Assembly (NCBI GenBank): GCA_965248265.1 | Contig: CBDFJF010000002.1 | Span: 1,091,044-1,155,043 of the forward strand | DNA: 64,000 nt | Source of the DNA: Candidatus Latescibacterota bacterium | GTDB taxonomy: Bacteria; Latescibacterota; UBA2968; UBA8231 | Direction of reading: 5' to 3' | Part shown: in pieces, positions 1 through 9,888 of the stretch | How positions within the stretch are numbered: the first letter of the stretch is position 1 | Layout of the letters: each line of letters opens with the position of its first letter | Program-made: the position numbers and the translations under genes | The notes under the pieces: generated by a model | The model's database searches: none | The model's input: only the letters and a program-made list of their open reading frames with translations | Told to the model about the DNA's origin: nothing

Positions 1-418
<418 letters not shown>

Positions 419-431
419 GACTCCAATCCTC

Positions 432-1406
432 TCAAGAAATGGAGCCTCCGGCAACCCCGGGGCGATTCAGCGATCTGTCGTGCCCGACTGCGAGAGCAGG
501 GTCCATGCCGTGATACTTTACCGCCACCATGGCATAGAAAACCCCCGCATAGACCCCCACCTTTCTCACGCACTCGTACAGAATGTAGGCGCGGTACCGT
601 CCATCATTCTTGAGCACCCTCAAGAGATCGCGGAAATATTCCAGAAAAGACTGACGGCTCTTAGGAACTCCGTCATGGGGCATTTCATCCACCAGGTGGA
701 GAGCGAACCAGGACAGCGCCAGAAGCAGGATGCTGATCAGGTACACGGAGGCATAGTTGAGTGGAAAGGCGATTTGGGCCAGGAGCACTCCGACCACGGC
801 CGCCAGCGCCAACCCCATTCCGGCAGAGGCCGCGTGGCTGAAACCGAAAATCTGGCTGATGAGATTTTTCGGAACCGTCTCCGCGATCAGATCGAACTCG
901 GGGGCCATCATCAAGGTGATGGCGATGGAGCCGAAAAAACTCACGGCCGCGATGACGACAAGAGCTGTTGCCGGGCTTTCATGTCCGAAAAGAGCCAGGC
1001 TCGCGCAGACGAGCAGCAACGGTAGCCATTTGCACAGATCCAGATAGAGCAGCAGCCGTTTCTTCCGCCGCACCGTCTCGACCCTGTGTGCCGAGAATAG
1101 CTGCGCCAACTGGGCCAATCCCGGGACCATTGCGAGGATCCCCAGTACGGCAGGTTCGAATCCCAGGACCGTCACCAGCACGGCCAAAAAGTCGGTTCCA
1201 GTGATCACCCCGTAACCAGCGCCGCTAAAGCCGCTTCTGGTGATGTGACACCAGAAGTTGGCCCGGACAGGGTCGAGGCGCCGGTTGAGGTATTGTCGAA
1301 TTTTCCCGGTCATGGAATTCGAATATAGAGTGGTGGCACCCACCGCGGAGCTGTGAAAGCACACGCCAACAAGGGCAGCGATCGAACAGTTGGCCTTGAC
1401 GGGCAA
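432..1406 (-). CDS. MFS-type transporter (about 6-7 predicted TM helices). Its 3' end runs into the IS3 element, so the gene is probably disrupted.
   Basis: Hydrophobic helical segments such as [25 protein letters not shown] and [24 protein letters not shown]. The ORF's terminal residues lie inside the IS3 terminal region. Confidence 0.45.
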   Translation of the reverse strand: MPVKANCSIAALVGVCFHSSAVGATTLYSNSMTGKIRQYLNRRLDPVRANFWCHITRSGFSGAGYGVITGTDFLAVLVTVLGFEPAVLGILAMVPGLAQLAQLFSAHRVETVRRKKRLLLYLDLCKWLPLLLVCASLALFGHESPATALVVIAAVSFFGSIAITLMMAPEFDLIAETVPKNLISQIFGFSHAASAGMGLALAAVVGVLLAQIAFPLNYASVYLISILLLALSWFALHLVDEMPHDGVPKSRQSFLEYFRDLLRVLKNDGRYRAYILYECVRKVGVYAGVFYAMVAVKYHGMDPALAVGHDRSLNRPGVAGGSIS

Positions 1407-1444
1407 CGGCCTGTTAGCCTACTTGATTCCGCCCACTGCGTCTC

Positions 1445-1516
1445 GCGAACCGCGTCCCGAGATGCGAACCGCGTCCCGAGATGCGAACCGCGTCCCGAGA
1501 TGCGAACCGCGTCCTG
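1445..1516. repeat. Tandem direct repeat: a 19-bp unit (gcgaaccgcgtcccgagat) in about 3.8 copies
   Basis: Read directly from the sequence. The last copy is degenerate (gcgaaccgcgtcctgccct). The repeat is intergenic, between the MFS start and the start of the gene at 1562. Confidence 0.9.
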
Positions 1517-1561
1517 CCCTCTGGACGCGGACCTGATCGATGATCACGCCGGAGAGCACCA

Positions 1562-3109
1562 ATGATTCACGTTGACAGTGGCAGCCCCACCTTCTCCACG
1601 GACGAAGCCGTCCTCTTTCCCTTCGACGACTACAGCATCCCTTTTCGCAAGGACGTGCTGATGACGCTGGTGCCCGGCAGCAGGAAACCCGGCGATTACC
1701 GCGAGAACGCCAGCTACGAACCGAATCATCCAGGCGTACCAGTAATCGAGAACGGCCCGCCCGGTACGTGCGACTCGATGGAGATCGTCTTTCCGTCGAT
1801 CGCCCGCGTCGGCGATGAGCTGCGCATCTGGTACATGGCGCGCGGCAGTTCGGACGCGGATGCCGGGGACAACGAATGGGGCGGTGGAGGGGCGATCGAC
1901 CAGCACCGGCGCTACGCCTACGCCACCAGCAAGGACGGCGTCGAGTGGGAGAAACCCGATCTCGGCCTGGTTGAGTACAATGGCAACAAGCACAACAACC
2001 TCGTCGACGTCGATGGCGGCAACGCCTGGAGTGTCGCCTATGATCCCGATGATGAGGATCCGAAAAAGCGCTTCAAGATGATCAGCATGGGCGACGCGAT
2101 GCGGCTGCGCGTCCATTACAGCGCCGATGGTTTCACCTGGACGAACGGTCGCATCGTCGGCCACGGTATCGAACCGGCCGGTCCTCCGTTCAAGTTCAAC
2201 GGCTGCTGGTACGTCAACGGCCAGGGCGGGCCCGGTCCATGGAACAAGACGATCCCCCATCCCGTCGACGGGGCTTCGAAACGGGAAATGCTGACCTGGG
2301 CGAGTTACGACTTCGAAACCTGGACCCACGCAGCGGTGCCCAGCTTTCGCCGCGATCCGCAACCGCCGCGGCCGATACTGGATTTCGAGTGGCATCGCGG
2401 CGAGCAGGTGCACCAGGGCGCCCATCTGTGGGATCGGGGGAATGTCATCGTCGCCTTTTATGGTATGTACCACAACGACACCAATGACCGGTTGTTCGCC
2501 ACCATGGACCTGGGGCTGCTGGTCAGTCACGATGCCATGCACTTCCGCGAGCCGGTGCCGGACTTCAAGATCGTGCCCTGTTTCGAGGAGCGTGCGCTGC
2601 TGAACCCGGCCTTCGGGGACGGCCCAAAACTACTGCAAGCCGGCTACGCCAACATCGGCGAGCGCACCCTGCATTTTTATTCGACCTGGGAGTACCCGAT
2701 GCGTGGCATGGTGCGCATCGCGACCTGGCCCATCGACCGGCTCGGTTTCTTCTCGGCCGTGTCCAAACCGGTCTTTCAGGGCGAGGGCTACCGGGATGTA
2801 GCGGTGGAGCCCCATGTGATCTCCTGTCCGCTGCGTCCCGACAAAGCGGATGCGTGCATCTGGTTGAACGTCGACCGCCTCGGAGAGTACTGCCAGCTCC
2901 GGGTTGAGCTGCTCGATCTGGGATTTAACCCGATCCCCGGGTACTCAGGGGGTGATTGCATGGCGGTCGCTAAATCCGGGTTTCGACAGCGGGTTGCGTG
3001 GAAGCAGGGCGAGACCATTGGCCACTTCGATCACCCTGTGCGGCTGCGGGTCAACTGGGAAGGAATCCGGCCGGAGGATGCGCAGTTGTACGCGGCCTAT
3101 ATCGCCTAG
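1562..3109 (+). CDS. Beta-propeller glycosidase-like protein. It is paralog 1 of a four-member family in this window. The GH family is not assigned.
   Basis: Repeated blade-like motifs (DGVEWEKP, DGFTWTNG) and a C-terminal beta-sandwich-like tail. It shares about 50% identity with 8171-9658 (EAVLFPFDD / GDELRIWY / YATSKDGVEWEKPDLGLVEYNGNKHNNLV). Confidence 0.5.
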   Translation: MIHVDSGSPTFSTDEAVLFPFDDYSIPFRKDVLMTLVPGSRKPGDYRENASYEPNHPGVPVIENGPPGTCDSMEIVFPSIARVGDELRIWYMARGSSDADAGDNEWGGGGAIDQHRRYAYATSKDGVEWEKPDLGLVEYNGNKHNNLVDVDGGNAWSVAYDPDDEDPKKRFKMISMGDAMRLRVHYSADGFTWTNGRIVGHGIEPAGPPFKFNGCWYVNGQGGPGPWNKTIPHPVDGASKREMLTWASYDFETWTHAAVPSFRRDPQPPRPILDFEWHRGEQVHQGAHLWDRGNVIVAFYGMYHNDTNDRLFATMDLGLLVSHDAMHFREPVPDFKIVPCFEERALLNPAFGDGPKLLQAGYANIGERTLHFYSTWEYPMRGMVRIATWPIDRLGFFSAVSKPVFQGEGYRDVAVEPHVISCPLRPDKADACIWLNVDRLGEYCQLRVELLDLGFNPIPGYSGGDCMAVAKSGFRQRVAWKQGETIGHFDHPVRLRVNWEGIRPEDAQLYAAYIA

Positions 3110-3112
3110 CCC

Positions 3113-3850
3113 ATGCATCCCTTGCCCGCCGAGCACGAACTGGATGCCCACCTGCTGCGAATGCAGCTGCAGGGTTACACCCTGGTCCCCAGGGCTCTGG
3201 CGCCGGATCAACTCGCCCCCATTAGGGCCTGCTTCGACGAGCTGGTCGAACACCATCCGGACATCCCGACCGCAGTCTGCGACGAAGCCACCGGCATCGT
3301 CGACCTCAACCGCCTGTACGAACTCGATCCCGTCTTCGAGTGCCTGATGGACCTGCCCGCCGTTTTCTCGATCGCCCGTGCCGTCATGGACGATGATATC
3401 ACCTTGCTAGGCGGCTCCATCGGACAGTACGTACCCGCGAACACTCCCTCTCCCATGCACTGGCACGGAGACGGTGAGTACCTGCGGTTCACCTATATAC
3501 TTGACGACCTGGAGGAAAACGGCGGCGGCACTGCCCTGATCCCGGGGTCGCACCGCGTCGAGGGCCGCATCCCGGAGTGGTTCCACGCCCCGGGCGAGGA
3601 ACCACGTGAAATACCCGGCATGGTGTGCCTGGTCGCCCCGGCGGGATCATGTATGATCAACCATACCAGACTGTGGCACACCCGGTCCTCGAACCAGTCC
3701 GATCGCCCGCGCCGCACCATCTGGCAGGTCTTCAAACGCGCCGACCAGGCCTCAACCCAGAACGAGGCCCTGCGTCTCACCGAAGAGTACACGAAGTTGC
3801 AGACCGACCCCGGGCGCCGCGCTTTGATGGGGCTGGAGCCATTACCCTAG
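3113..3850 (+). CDS. PhyH-family Fe(II)/2-oxoglutarate-dependent dioxygenase
   Basis: Phytanoyl-CoA dioxygenase-like architecture. It has the HxD...H metal motif (WHGDGEY ... H at GSHR) and is about 245 aa. Confidence 0.6.
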   Translation: MHPLPAEHELDAHLLRMQLQGYTLVPRALAPDQLAPIRACFDELVEHHPDIPTAVCDEATGIVDLNRLYELDPVFECLMDLPAVFSIARAVMDDDITLLGGSIGQYVPANTPSPMHWHGDGEYLRFTYILDDLEENGGGTALIPGSHRVEGRIPEWFHAPGEEPREIPGMVCLVAPAGSCMINHTRLWHTRSSNQSDRPRRTIWQVFKRADQASTQNEALRLTEEYTKLQTDPGRRALMGLEPLP

Positions 3851-3871
3851 TTCGCCGCCGTTGGCGAAGCT

Positions 3872-4861
3872 TCACCGCATGCGGGATTCAGCCACCCACA
3901 TGTCAGCGTTGTCACCGATCGCCTCTTTGATCGGCTGGGTCAGGCGCTCCAGGTTGGCGGTGGTCTCAGCGCCCAGGTCCTGCGACAGCGAGGGAAGGTT
4001 GCCCTCGAGTTCCTCCGGAGTCCGTGCCCCGACCAGAAACGATGTCACTCCTGCCTGCTGTCTCACCCAGGCAAGGGCAACGCTTCCCATCGGCGCGCCA
4101 ATCTGCTCGCTCACTTCGCGAATGCCGGTGAGGGCGTGGAAGACGGCTTCTTCGCACCCGGACTCTCCGTGGTTCACCAACGGACGCGTAGTCGAATAAA
4201 ACCGAGTCCGCGCCAACCCTTCCGGCACCTCGTCGGCCGTGGCATATCGTCCCGTCAGCAGCCCCTGTGCCAGAGGGCTGTAGCAGATCAGCCCGATCTC
4301 CAGATCACGACAACGGGTCAGGATATCATACTCGATCGCCCGCCAGAGCAGGCTGTAGGGTAACTGGTTCGTCTGCACACGGCCCATCTTCAGATCGACC
4401 AGTTCGGCCAGATCATCGGAGCCGAAGTTGGAAACACCGAGGGCGCGCACCTTACCGTCCCTGACAAGATCTTCGAGTGCGCGCCACGAGGTCTCGATCG
4501 GGATTTTGTGATTCGGCCAATGGATCTGGTACAGGTCGATGTAGTCGGTCCGCAGATTCTTGAGGCTGGTCTCGCAGGAGGCGACGAGTCCGTCGGCCGT
4601 CAAGTCGCTCACCTTGGTAGCGATGATGGCCTGGTGACGCTTGCCTTCCAGGGCGCGTCCGAGAACCCGTTCGGAAGCACCCTCTTCGTAGCCTGGAGCC
4701 GTATCGAAGAAGTTGATGCCATGGTTCAGTGCCGTCTGCACCGTGGCAATGGACTGGACATCGTCCTGATCACCCCAGAATCCGCCACCGGCGAACGGCC
4801 AGCAACCCAAAGCCATCACCGAGACGTCGATATCGGTGCTTCCCAGTTTTCTGTACTCCAT
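3872..4861 (-). CDS. Aldo/keto reductase family oxidoreductase
   Basis: MEYRKLGSTDIDVSVMALGCW...GINFFDTAPGYEEGASERVLGRAL is a classic AKR N-terminus. Confidence 0.8.
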   Translation of the reverse strand: MEYRKLGSTDIDVSVMALGCWPFAGGGFWGDQDDVQSIATVQTALNHGINFFDTAPGYEEGASERVLGRALEGKRHQAIIATKVSDLTADGLVASCETSLKNLRTDYIDLYQIHWPNHKIPIETSWRALEDLVRDGKVRALGVSNFGSDDLAELVDLKMGRVQTNQLPYSLLWRAIEYDILTRCRDLEIGLICYSPLAQGLLTGRYATADEVPEGLARTRFYSTTRPLVNHGESGCEEAVFHALTGIREVSEQIGAPMGSVALAWVRQQAGVTSFLVGARTPEELEGNLPSLSQDLGAETTANLERLTQPIKEAIGDNADMWVAESRMR

Positions 4862-4932
4862 TATCGCATCTACGCCTATTGTATTTACGTCTTTGTATTT
4901 ACGTCTGTATTCGCCCTTATCGCATCTGCGCC

Positions 4933-5502
4933 TTACTGCATCTGCTCCTGGATCGCCTCGACGACGGCATCAGACAGGACTTCGTTGCCGAAGGCCGTCA
5001 TGTGGCATCCGTCGTTCTGTAGACACTTGGTGATGTCGTTGCGAACGATGACGTCGTGCAAGTCGTTTACGGGTACCCCTTCCCTCTGCACAATTTCGAG
5101 AGCGGCGGCATTGTACCTGTCGATTTCACTCGCCTCATCGATCGGCCACTGGGCCATGGGCAGGTCTGGATCACTGGTGTACAGGGGCGTGGTCGTAGCC
5201 CAGATCATTTTCGCTTTTGCGATATCCCTGACCTTGGCAATGAACCGCTGAACGCCGAGGCGGTACTGGGGGAGAAGAATCTGATGCTCTCCGTCAGACA
5301 GAAGCACGGCATCGTGGATGCCGAAGTTGACGTGGACCAGATCCGGCTCCTCGTCGACGACCCATTCCTTGCACCGGTCCAGCGCCCACACGCTGTGACG
5401 ACAATTCTGTACCGGTCCCCCCACATCGACGTCAGGGGTTTTTTTAATTACGAGAGACTGATACCCCATGCGGATGGAGTCACCAATCAAGACAACCTTC
5501 AT
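4933..5502 (-). CDS. SGNH/GDSL-family hydrolase (esterase)
   Basis: N-terminal GDSI motif (VVLIGDSIRMG) and a C-terminal DGCHMT motif (DxxH). Confidence 0.7.
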   Translation of the reverse strand: MKVVLIGDSIRMGYQSLVIKKTPDVDVGGPVQNCRHSVWALDRCKEWVVDEEPDLVHVNFGIHDAVLLSDGEHQILLPQYRLGVQRFIAKVRDIAKAKMIWATTTPLYTSDPDLPMAQWPIDEASEIDRYNAAALEIVQREGVPVNDLHDVIVRNDITKCLQNDGCHMTAFGNEVLSDAVVEAIQEQMQ

Positions 5503-5671
5503 GTCGACGAACTCCTCTCACTCTCAGGCCGATTGTGTTCAGCTCTATCATTGGTGAATGAGTATGGTTCGGCCATCGGGCCGTGTCGAGGGATGTCCTT
5601 GACTGCCGACCCGAGCGGCCCTTGTTTGTGACCCGAACCAGCAACCAGAGCGAGAAATGGAGAGAAGGCCT

Positions 5672-6496
5672 ATGCAACTGACCCAGCAACAGCTCAACCA
5701 CTTCGACACCTTCGGCTATCTCGCTTTCCCGGGGCTGCTCAAGGAAGAGATCGGCTGGATCTCGGAGGAGTTCGAGGACGTGATGGCGAACTTCGCCTCC
5801 GGCAAGGACCACGACGGCAGCACACGCACCATCATCATTCCCACGATCGATCACAGCGAACGATTATGCACGCTACTGGACGACGAGCGCATTCTCGGCA
5901 TCGCCGGTGCTCTGATCGGCGATGACTTCAACTACGGCTCCGGGGACGGCAATTTCTACAGCGGCAACACTCACTGGCATGCGGATGGCGGTTATCCCGA
6001 ACTGTTCGCCATCAAGCTGGCCTTCTATCTGGATCCGTTGACAGGGGGCAGTGGCAGCCTGAGGGTGATTCCCGGCAGCCACAAGGCCGACTCCATGTGG
6101 CGCACCGCCGGTCTTAACGCGAACGAGGCCGAAGAGCTGTGGGGTATCTCGCCGGCGGACATTCCGGGCAGTGTGCCGCTGCAGACTGACGCCGGAGACC
6201 TGGTGGTGTTCGATCACAGCCTCAAACACGCCTCCTTCGGCGGTGGTAAACGCCGGCGCATGTTCACGATGAACCTGCACAAGCGTGGCAAGACACCCGA
6301 AGAAATCGAACGCGTCGACACCTATCTGCAGCACCATTGTCCGGTCGCCGCCGGCTTCAAGATCGGCCACATGTACACGGACATCATGCTGGATACGGCG
6401 GGCCCGGGCCGGCTGGTGCATCTGGAACAGGCGTTCGAACGCCACGCCGTTGTACATCCCATCGATACCGTGCAGCGCCCGTTTCCCGGTCGCTGA
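5672..6496 (+). CDS. PhyH-family Fe(II)/2-oxoglutarate-dependent dioxygenase
   Basis: PhyH-like: HWHADGG...H. There is a good RBS (ggagagaagg) before the ATG at 5672. The ORF-track start at 5657 is an alternative. Confidence 0.6.
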   Translation: MQLTQQQLNHFDTFGYLAFPGLLKEEIGWISEEFEDVMANFASGKDHDGSTRTIIIPTIDHSERLCTLLDDERILGIAGALIGDDFNYGSGDGNFYSGNTHWHADGGYPELFAIKLAFYLDPLTGGSGSLRVIPGSHKADSMWRTAGLNANEAEELWGISPADIPGSVPLQTDAGDLVVFDHSLKHASFGGGKRRRMFTMNLHKRGKTPEEIERVDTYLQHHCPVAAGFKIGHMYTDIMLDTAGPGRLVHLEQAFERHAVVHPIDTVQRPFPGR

Positions 6497-6545
6497 AAGG
6501 GGAGTGGAACCGCTGGCGAATCTGCCGCAAGCGTTCGTCTAGCTT

Positions 6546-8168
6546 CTAGTAAGACCTCTTCGCGGTTATGGTAGCATCCCACCGGCGTGATATCAGATCA
6601 TCGATGACCGCCTGCCTGGCTGATTCCGTGCCAACCCGGTTGAGCGTCTGGACCGCGAAGAATCCCACTTGGCCAAAAGGGATCTGCAACGCATCGATGA
6701 GGGCCTCTTCGGAGGCCGCTGCCCCGTCGCCCAGCCTGGTGAGAGCCATGGCGGCGGTGACGTGGACGGCATCGGCGACGGTCCAACCCCAGTTCTTTTT
6801 CTCATCCCAGGCCGGGCGCTGTGCCCTCAGAAGACGGGCGAGCGCTTCGACCGGCGCATCTTTTTTTATAGCCCCCAGTGAATTTGCGGCCACGCGAATG
6901 ACGTAGTGCGACTCGTCCTGCAGCGAGGTTTCGAGCGCGGGCACGGCAGAAGCGGCCTCCGAATCCATTTCTCCCAGGGCGAACGCAGCATTCATGCGGG
7001 TCCATTCATGAGCAGAGCCGAGCAGCCCTATCAAAGGCTCGAGGGCCGGTGCACCTATGGTTCCCAGGGCGTAGGCGGCATCATGCAGCGTCATCCAGCG
7101 TGAATCAAAGTCGGGTGACTCCTCGCCACGGCTGGCGCGCTCACCGGATTGTTCCAGCAGACGGCACAGCGGATGGATCGCCGGCTCGCCGATGGATGCG
7201 AGGGCGTAGATGGCTGAAGTGCGCAGGGCCTGATGCGCCGTATTCAACAACGCCGAAAGCGCAGGAACCGCGGCCACCGCTTCAGGGCCCGCCGCCGCCA
7301 GCTCGGTCAAGGCGCGCAGCTTTTCTTCGACGGAGAGCTCGGCGTTGAGTGTTTCGACCAGAGCAGGGACGTTCGAAGACTCTGAGATGTCTGGGGGGAG
7401 TGAAACTGCTTTCTCACCGCAGTGCCAGTACCACATTGAGCGCCACGCCGGTTCCAGGTCGTATGGAGCGGTGATTTCTTCGGGCTGCTGCCATTCCGTG
7501 TCTTCGCAATCCCAGCTGGGCTGTCGCGGTTCTTGAGCCCGCATGAAGATGAATTTGATCATGTGGCGTGAACGATCCTGCATATTGACGCCGGCCGCAT
7601 GACCGATATCGAAGTGGGACAGGAAGACGAGCCCGGCTTTGCCGTCGACGGGAAGCACCCGGTTTCGATCTTCATCGGTGAGACGGTCGTGACACTGGGT
7701 GCCCGCCAACACATGGGTCGGTCCCATCTCGATTGGGGTGTCCTGAGAGTAATACATGATACGCGCGTAGCGGGTGCGGTGAGAGCGCGGTTGGCTACAG
7801 GGACTGTAGGAGTCCTGGTGGCACCCGCCGGAGACCGACTTTGCCACCTCGTCGCCAGATAGTGCGTCCTCGACGGGCTGCCGCATGTGCCAATAGCGGT
7901 GGGGGTGCCTGAAGTAATTCTCGCCCAGAACGCTGGTGAGCGCTCCTTGCACTTGCGGGCTGTTGAGGATCAGCTCCAGTTCCGGAATGCGAGGGATGAT
8001 GTTGTTGCCCGGATTGAACTCGTGCTCAACGATAAAATTGAATTTCTCATCGATGGTCCGATGGACTTCGTCAGGCACGCTGGGACGGAGAAGGAGGTAG
8101 CCGTTGGCGATGAACTGGCGCATCTGTTCGTCGCTGAGAAGGACGGGCTGTTGCGATTTGAGCCCCAC
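6546..8168 (-). CDS. Fusion protein: an N-terminal PhyH-family dioxygenase domain plus a C-terminal HEAT/PBS-lyase-type repeat domain
   Basis: N-terminal sequence LSDEQMRQFIANGYLLL...HQDSY...H (PhyH-like). The C-terminal half is made of repeated AxxALGxIG/AVPAL helical repeat units (AIYALASIGEPA, AAYALGTIGAPA, AAFALGEMDSEA, AANSLGAIKKDA). Confidence 0.55.
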   Translation of the reverse strand: MGLKSQQPVLLSDEQMRQFIANGYLLLRPSVPDEVHRTIDEKFNFIVEHEFNPGNNIIPRIPELELILNSPQVQGALTSVLGENYFRHPHRYWHMRQPVEDALSGDEVAKSVSGGCHQDSYSPCSQPRSHRTRYARIMYYSQDTPIEMGPTHVLAGTQCHDRLTDEDRNRVLPVDGKAGLVFLSHFDIGHAAGVNMQDRSRHMIKFIFMRAQEPRQPSWDCEDTEWQQPEEITAPYDLEPAWRSMWYWHCGEKAVSLPPDISESSNVPALVETLNAELSVEEKLRALTELAAAGPEAVAAVPALSALLNTAHQALRTSAIYALASIGEPAIHPLCRLLEQSGERASRGEESPDFDSRWMTLHDAAYALGTIGAPALEPLIGLLGSAHEWTRMNAAFALGEMDSEAASAVPALETSLQDESHYVIRVAANSLGAIKKDAPVEALARLLRAQRPAWDEKKNWGWTVADAVHVTAAMALTRLGDGAAASEEALIDALQIPFGQVGFFAVQTLNRVGTESARQAVIDDLISRRWDATITAKRSY

Positions 8169-8170
8169 GA

Positions 8171-9658
8171 TCAGCCTTCGTCGGCTACATACGCCGCGTA
8201 CAGAAACACATCATCCAGGCGCTCGCACTCGAGGTTGATACGCAACCGCAACGGGGCATCGATCCCCTCTACCTTCTGTTTTCCTTTCCAGGCAACGGGA
8301 GTGCGAAGGCCTTCCTCCGTCACCGGCAGACAGTCCTCCCTGCTATACCCGGGAAGCGGCCTCATCTGCTCATCCAGTATTTCCGCGCGCAGGGTGTTTT
8401 TCTCCGACAGTCCCTCGGCGTTGATGTAGACGGACCCTGATTTACCCTTCAGGTCGATGAGGCAGGAGATGAAGTGCGGGTCCGCGTACTCCGGTACCTT
8501 GTCGCCGATATGCTCCCGCCAGTACAACTGATGGGTATCCTCGCTCGGCTGCAGGTTGGGCTTGGGATCCGGCACTACTTCGAAGTACCCCAGACGGTCC
8601 CGGGGGAATCGCGCCACATTCAGATCGCCGCCGCGCCAGCTCGAGTACCAGAAGAGCGACTCGTCGCCGACGTTGGCGAAGCCCTGTCCCTGCTCCAGGG
8701 TCGGAAAATTCATCTCTCCACGCGCGATCTCGTAGGCCGGAATGAATCTGAAATCCGGGATCGGCTCGACGAAGTGCAGGGCGTCGTTGCTGACGACCAA
8801 CCCCAGATCCATGCTGATGAATTCACGATCATTCGACTCCCCGTGCCACATGCCATAGACGCCGATGATGACGTTGCCCCGGTCCCACAGACCGGCGCCC
8901 AGGTGAATCTGCTCGCCGGCGTGACAGCCGGGGATCTGCTTGTGGGGAGGCTGGTCGCGGCGCATGCCAAGGACGACGGCGTCACTCCAATTGTCGAAGT
9001 CGTATGAAACGAAGGTGACGAGGGCCCTCTTGGTGCCGACGTTGCCGCCCTGGCCGTTGAGGACATAACAACCATTGTATTTGATCAACCCCGTGGGCTC
9101 TACCGCATTGTGTTTGAGGATCGGGTTGTTCGGCCCCTCCTTCCAGTGCAGTCCATCCGGACTGTAGAGGACGGCGATGTAGTATGGGTGGAGCTCGATC
9201 ACCATCTTGAAACGACGCTCGGGATCCGGATCGTCCGCTTCGTACAGAACCGAACACGAGCCCGGATCACTGCCGAGATCGCAGTCGACGATGTTGTTGT
9301 GCTTTGAGCCGTTGAACTCGACCAAACCGAGGTCGGGTTTTTCCCAGTTGAGGCCGTCGGTGCTGACAGCGTAACAGATATGACCCTTCGCTCGCCCACC
9401 GGTCTCCACCCCATGACCCCTGTACCACACCCGCAGCTCATCCCCGACCTGGCAGACGGTACCGTAGTATGCGATGGCCTGCCCGTCAGGCGCTTCCGGC
9501 TCGCCCCGTTTCATGGCGATGAGGTGGCCCTTGTAGGGGTTGAGGCCCTCCACGAGACCGATCTGCAGTCGGTACCTGAACGGGATGGTACGGTCGTCAT
9601 ATGGGAACAACACCGCTTCGCTGACATCCACTGCTGGTCCACCGTTCAAAACGAGCAT
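8171..9658 (-). CDS. Beta-propeller glycosidase-like protein, paralog 2
   Basis: About 50% identical to 1562-3109. Shared motifs: YAVSTDGLNWEKPDLGLVEFNGSKHNNIV, GDELRVWY, C-terminal LYAAYVA. Confidence 0.5.
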   Translation of the reverse strand: MLVLNGGPAVDVSEAVLFPYDDRTIPFRYRLQIGLVEGLNPYKGHLIAMKRGEPEAPDGQAIAYYGTVCQVGDELRVWYRGHGVETGGRAKGHICYAVSTDGLNWEKPDLGLVEFNGSKHNNIVDCDLGSDPGSCSVLYEADDPDPERRFKMVIELHPYYIAVLYSPDGLHWKEGPNNPILKHNAVEPTGLIKYNGCYVLNGQGGNVGTKRALVTFVSYDFDNWSDAVVLGMRRDQPPHKQIPGCHAGEQIHLGAGLWDRGNVIIGVYGMWHGESNDREFISMDLGLVVSNDALHFVEPIPDFRFIPAYEIARGEMNFPTLEQGQGFANVGDESLFWYSSWRGGDLNVARFPRDRLGYFEVVPDPKPNLQPSEDTHQLYWREHIGDKVPEYADPHFISCLIDLKGKSGSVYINAEGLSEKNTLRAEILDEQMRPLPGYSREDCLPVTEEGLRTPVAWKGKQKVEGIDAPLRLRINLECERLDDVFLYAAYVADEG

Positions 9659-9888
9659 CTGTCTGTGACTCCTGGTTTCGCAGGTGTGCTGAGTTCGGGC
9701 AAACGGTTGCGTTTCGTCCTCTCACGAGCAGCAGAATAACCTTCTGCTCCGCAGCGGGGTCAACCATCCGGTTGCTACCCGCGCCACGCGTACTAGGCGG
9801 ACGGTGGGCGCGAATGCAGGGGAAATTAGCTACATTCCGCGCCGGAAAACGACCAGAACACAGGTGAGTTACGCGAAAGGGAAGGGCC

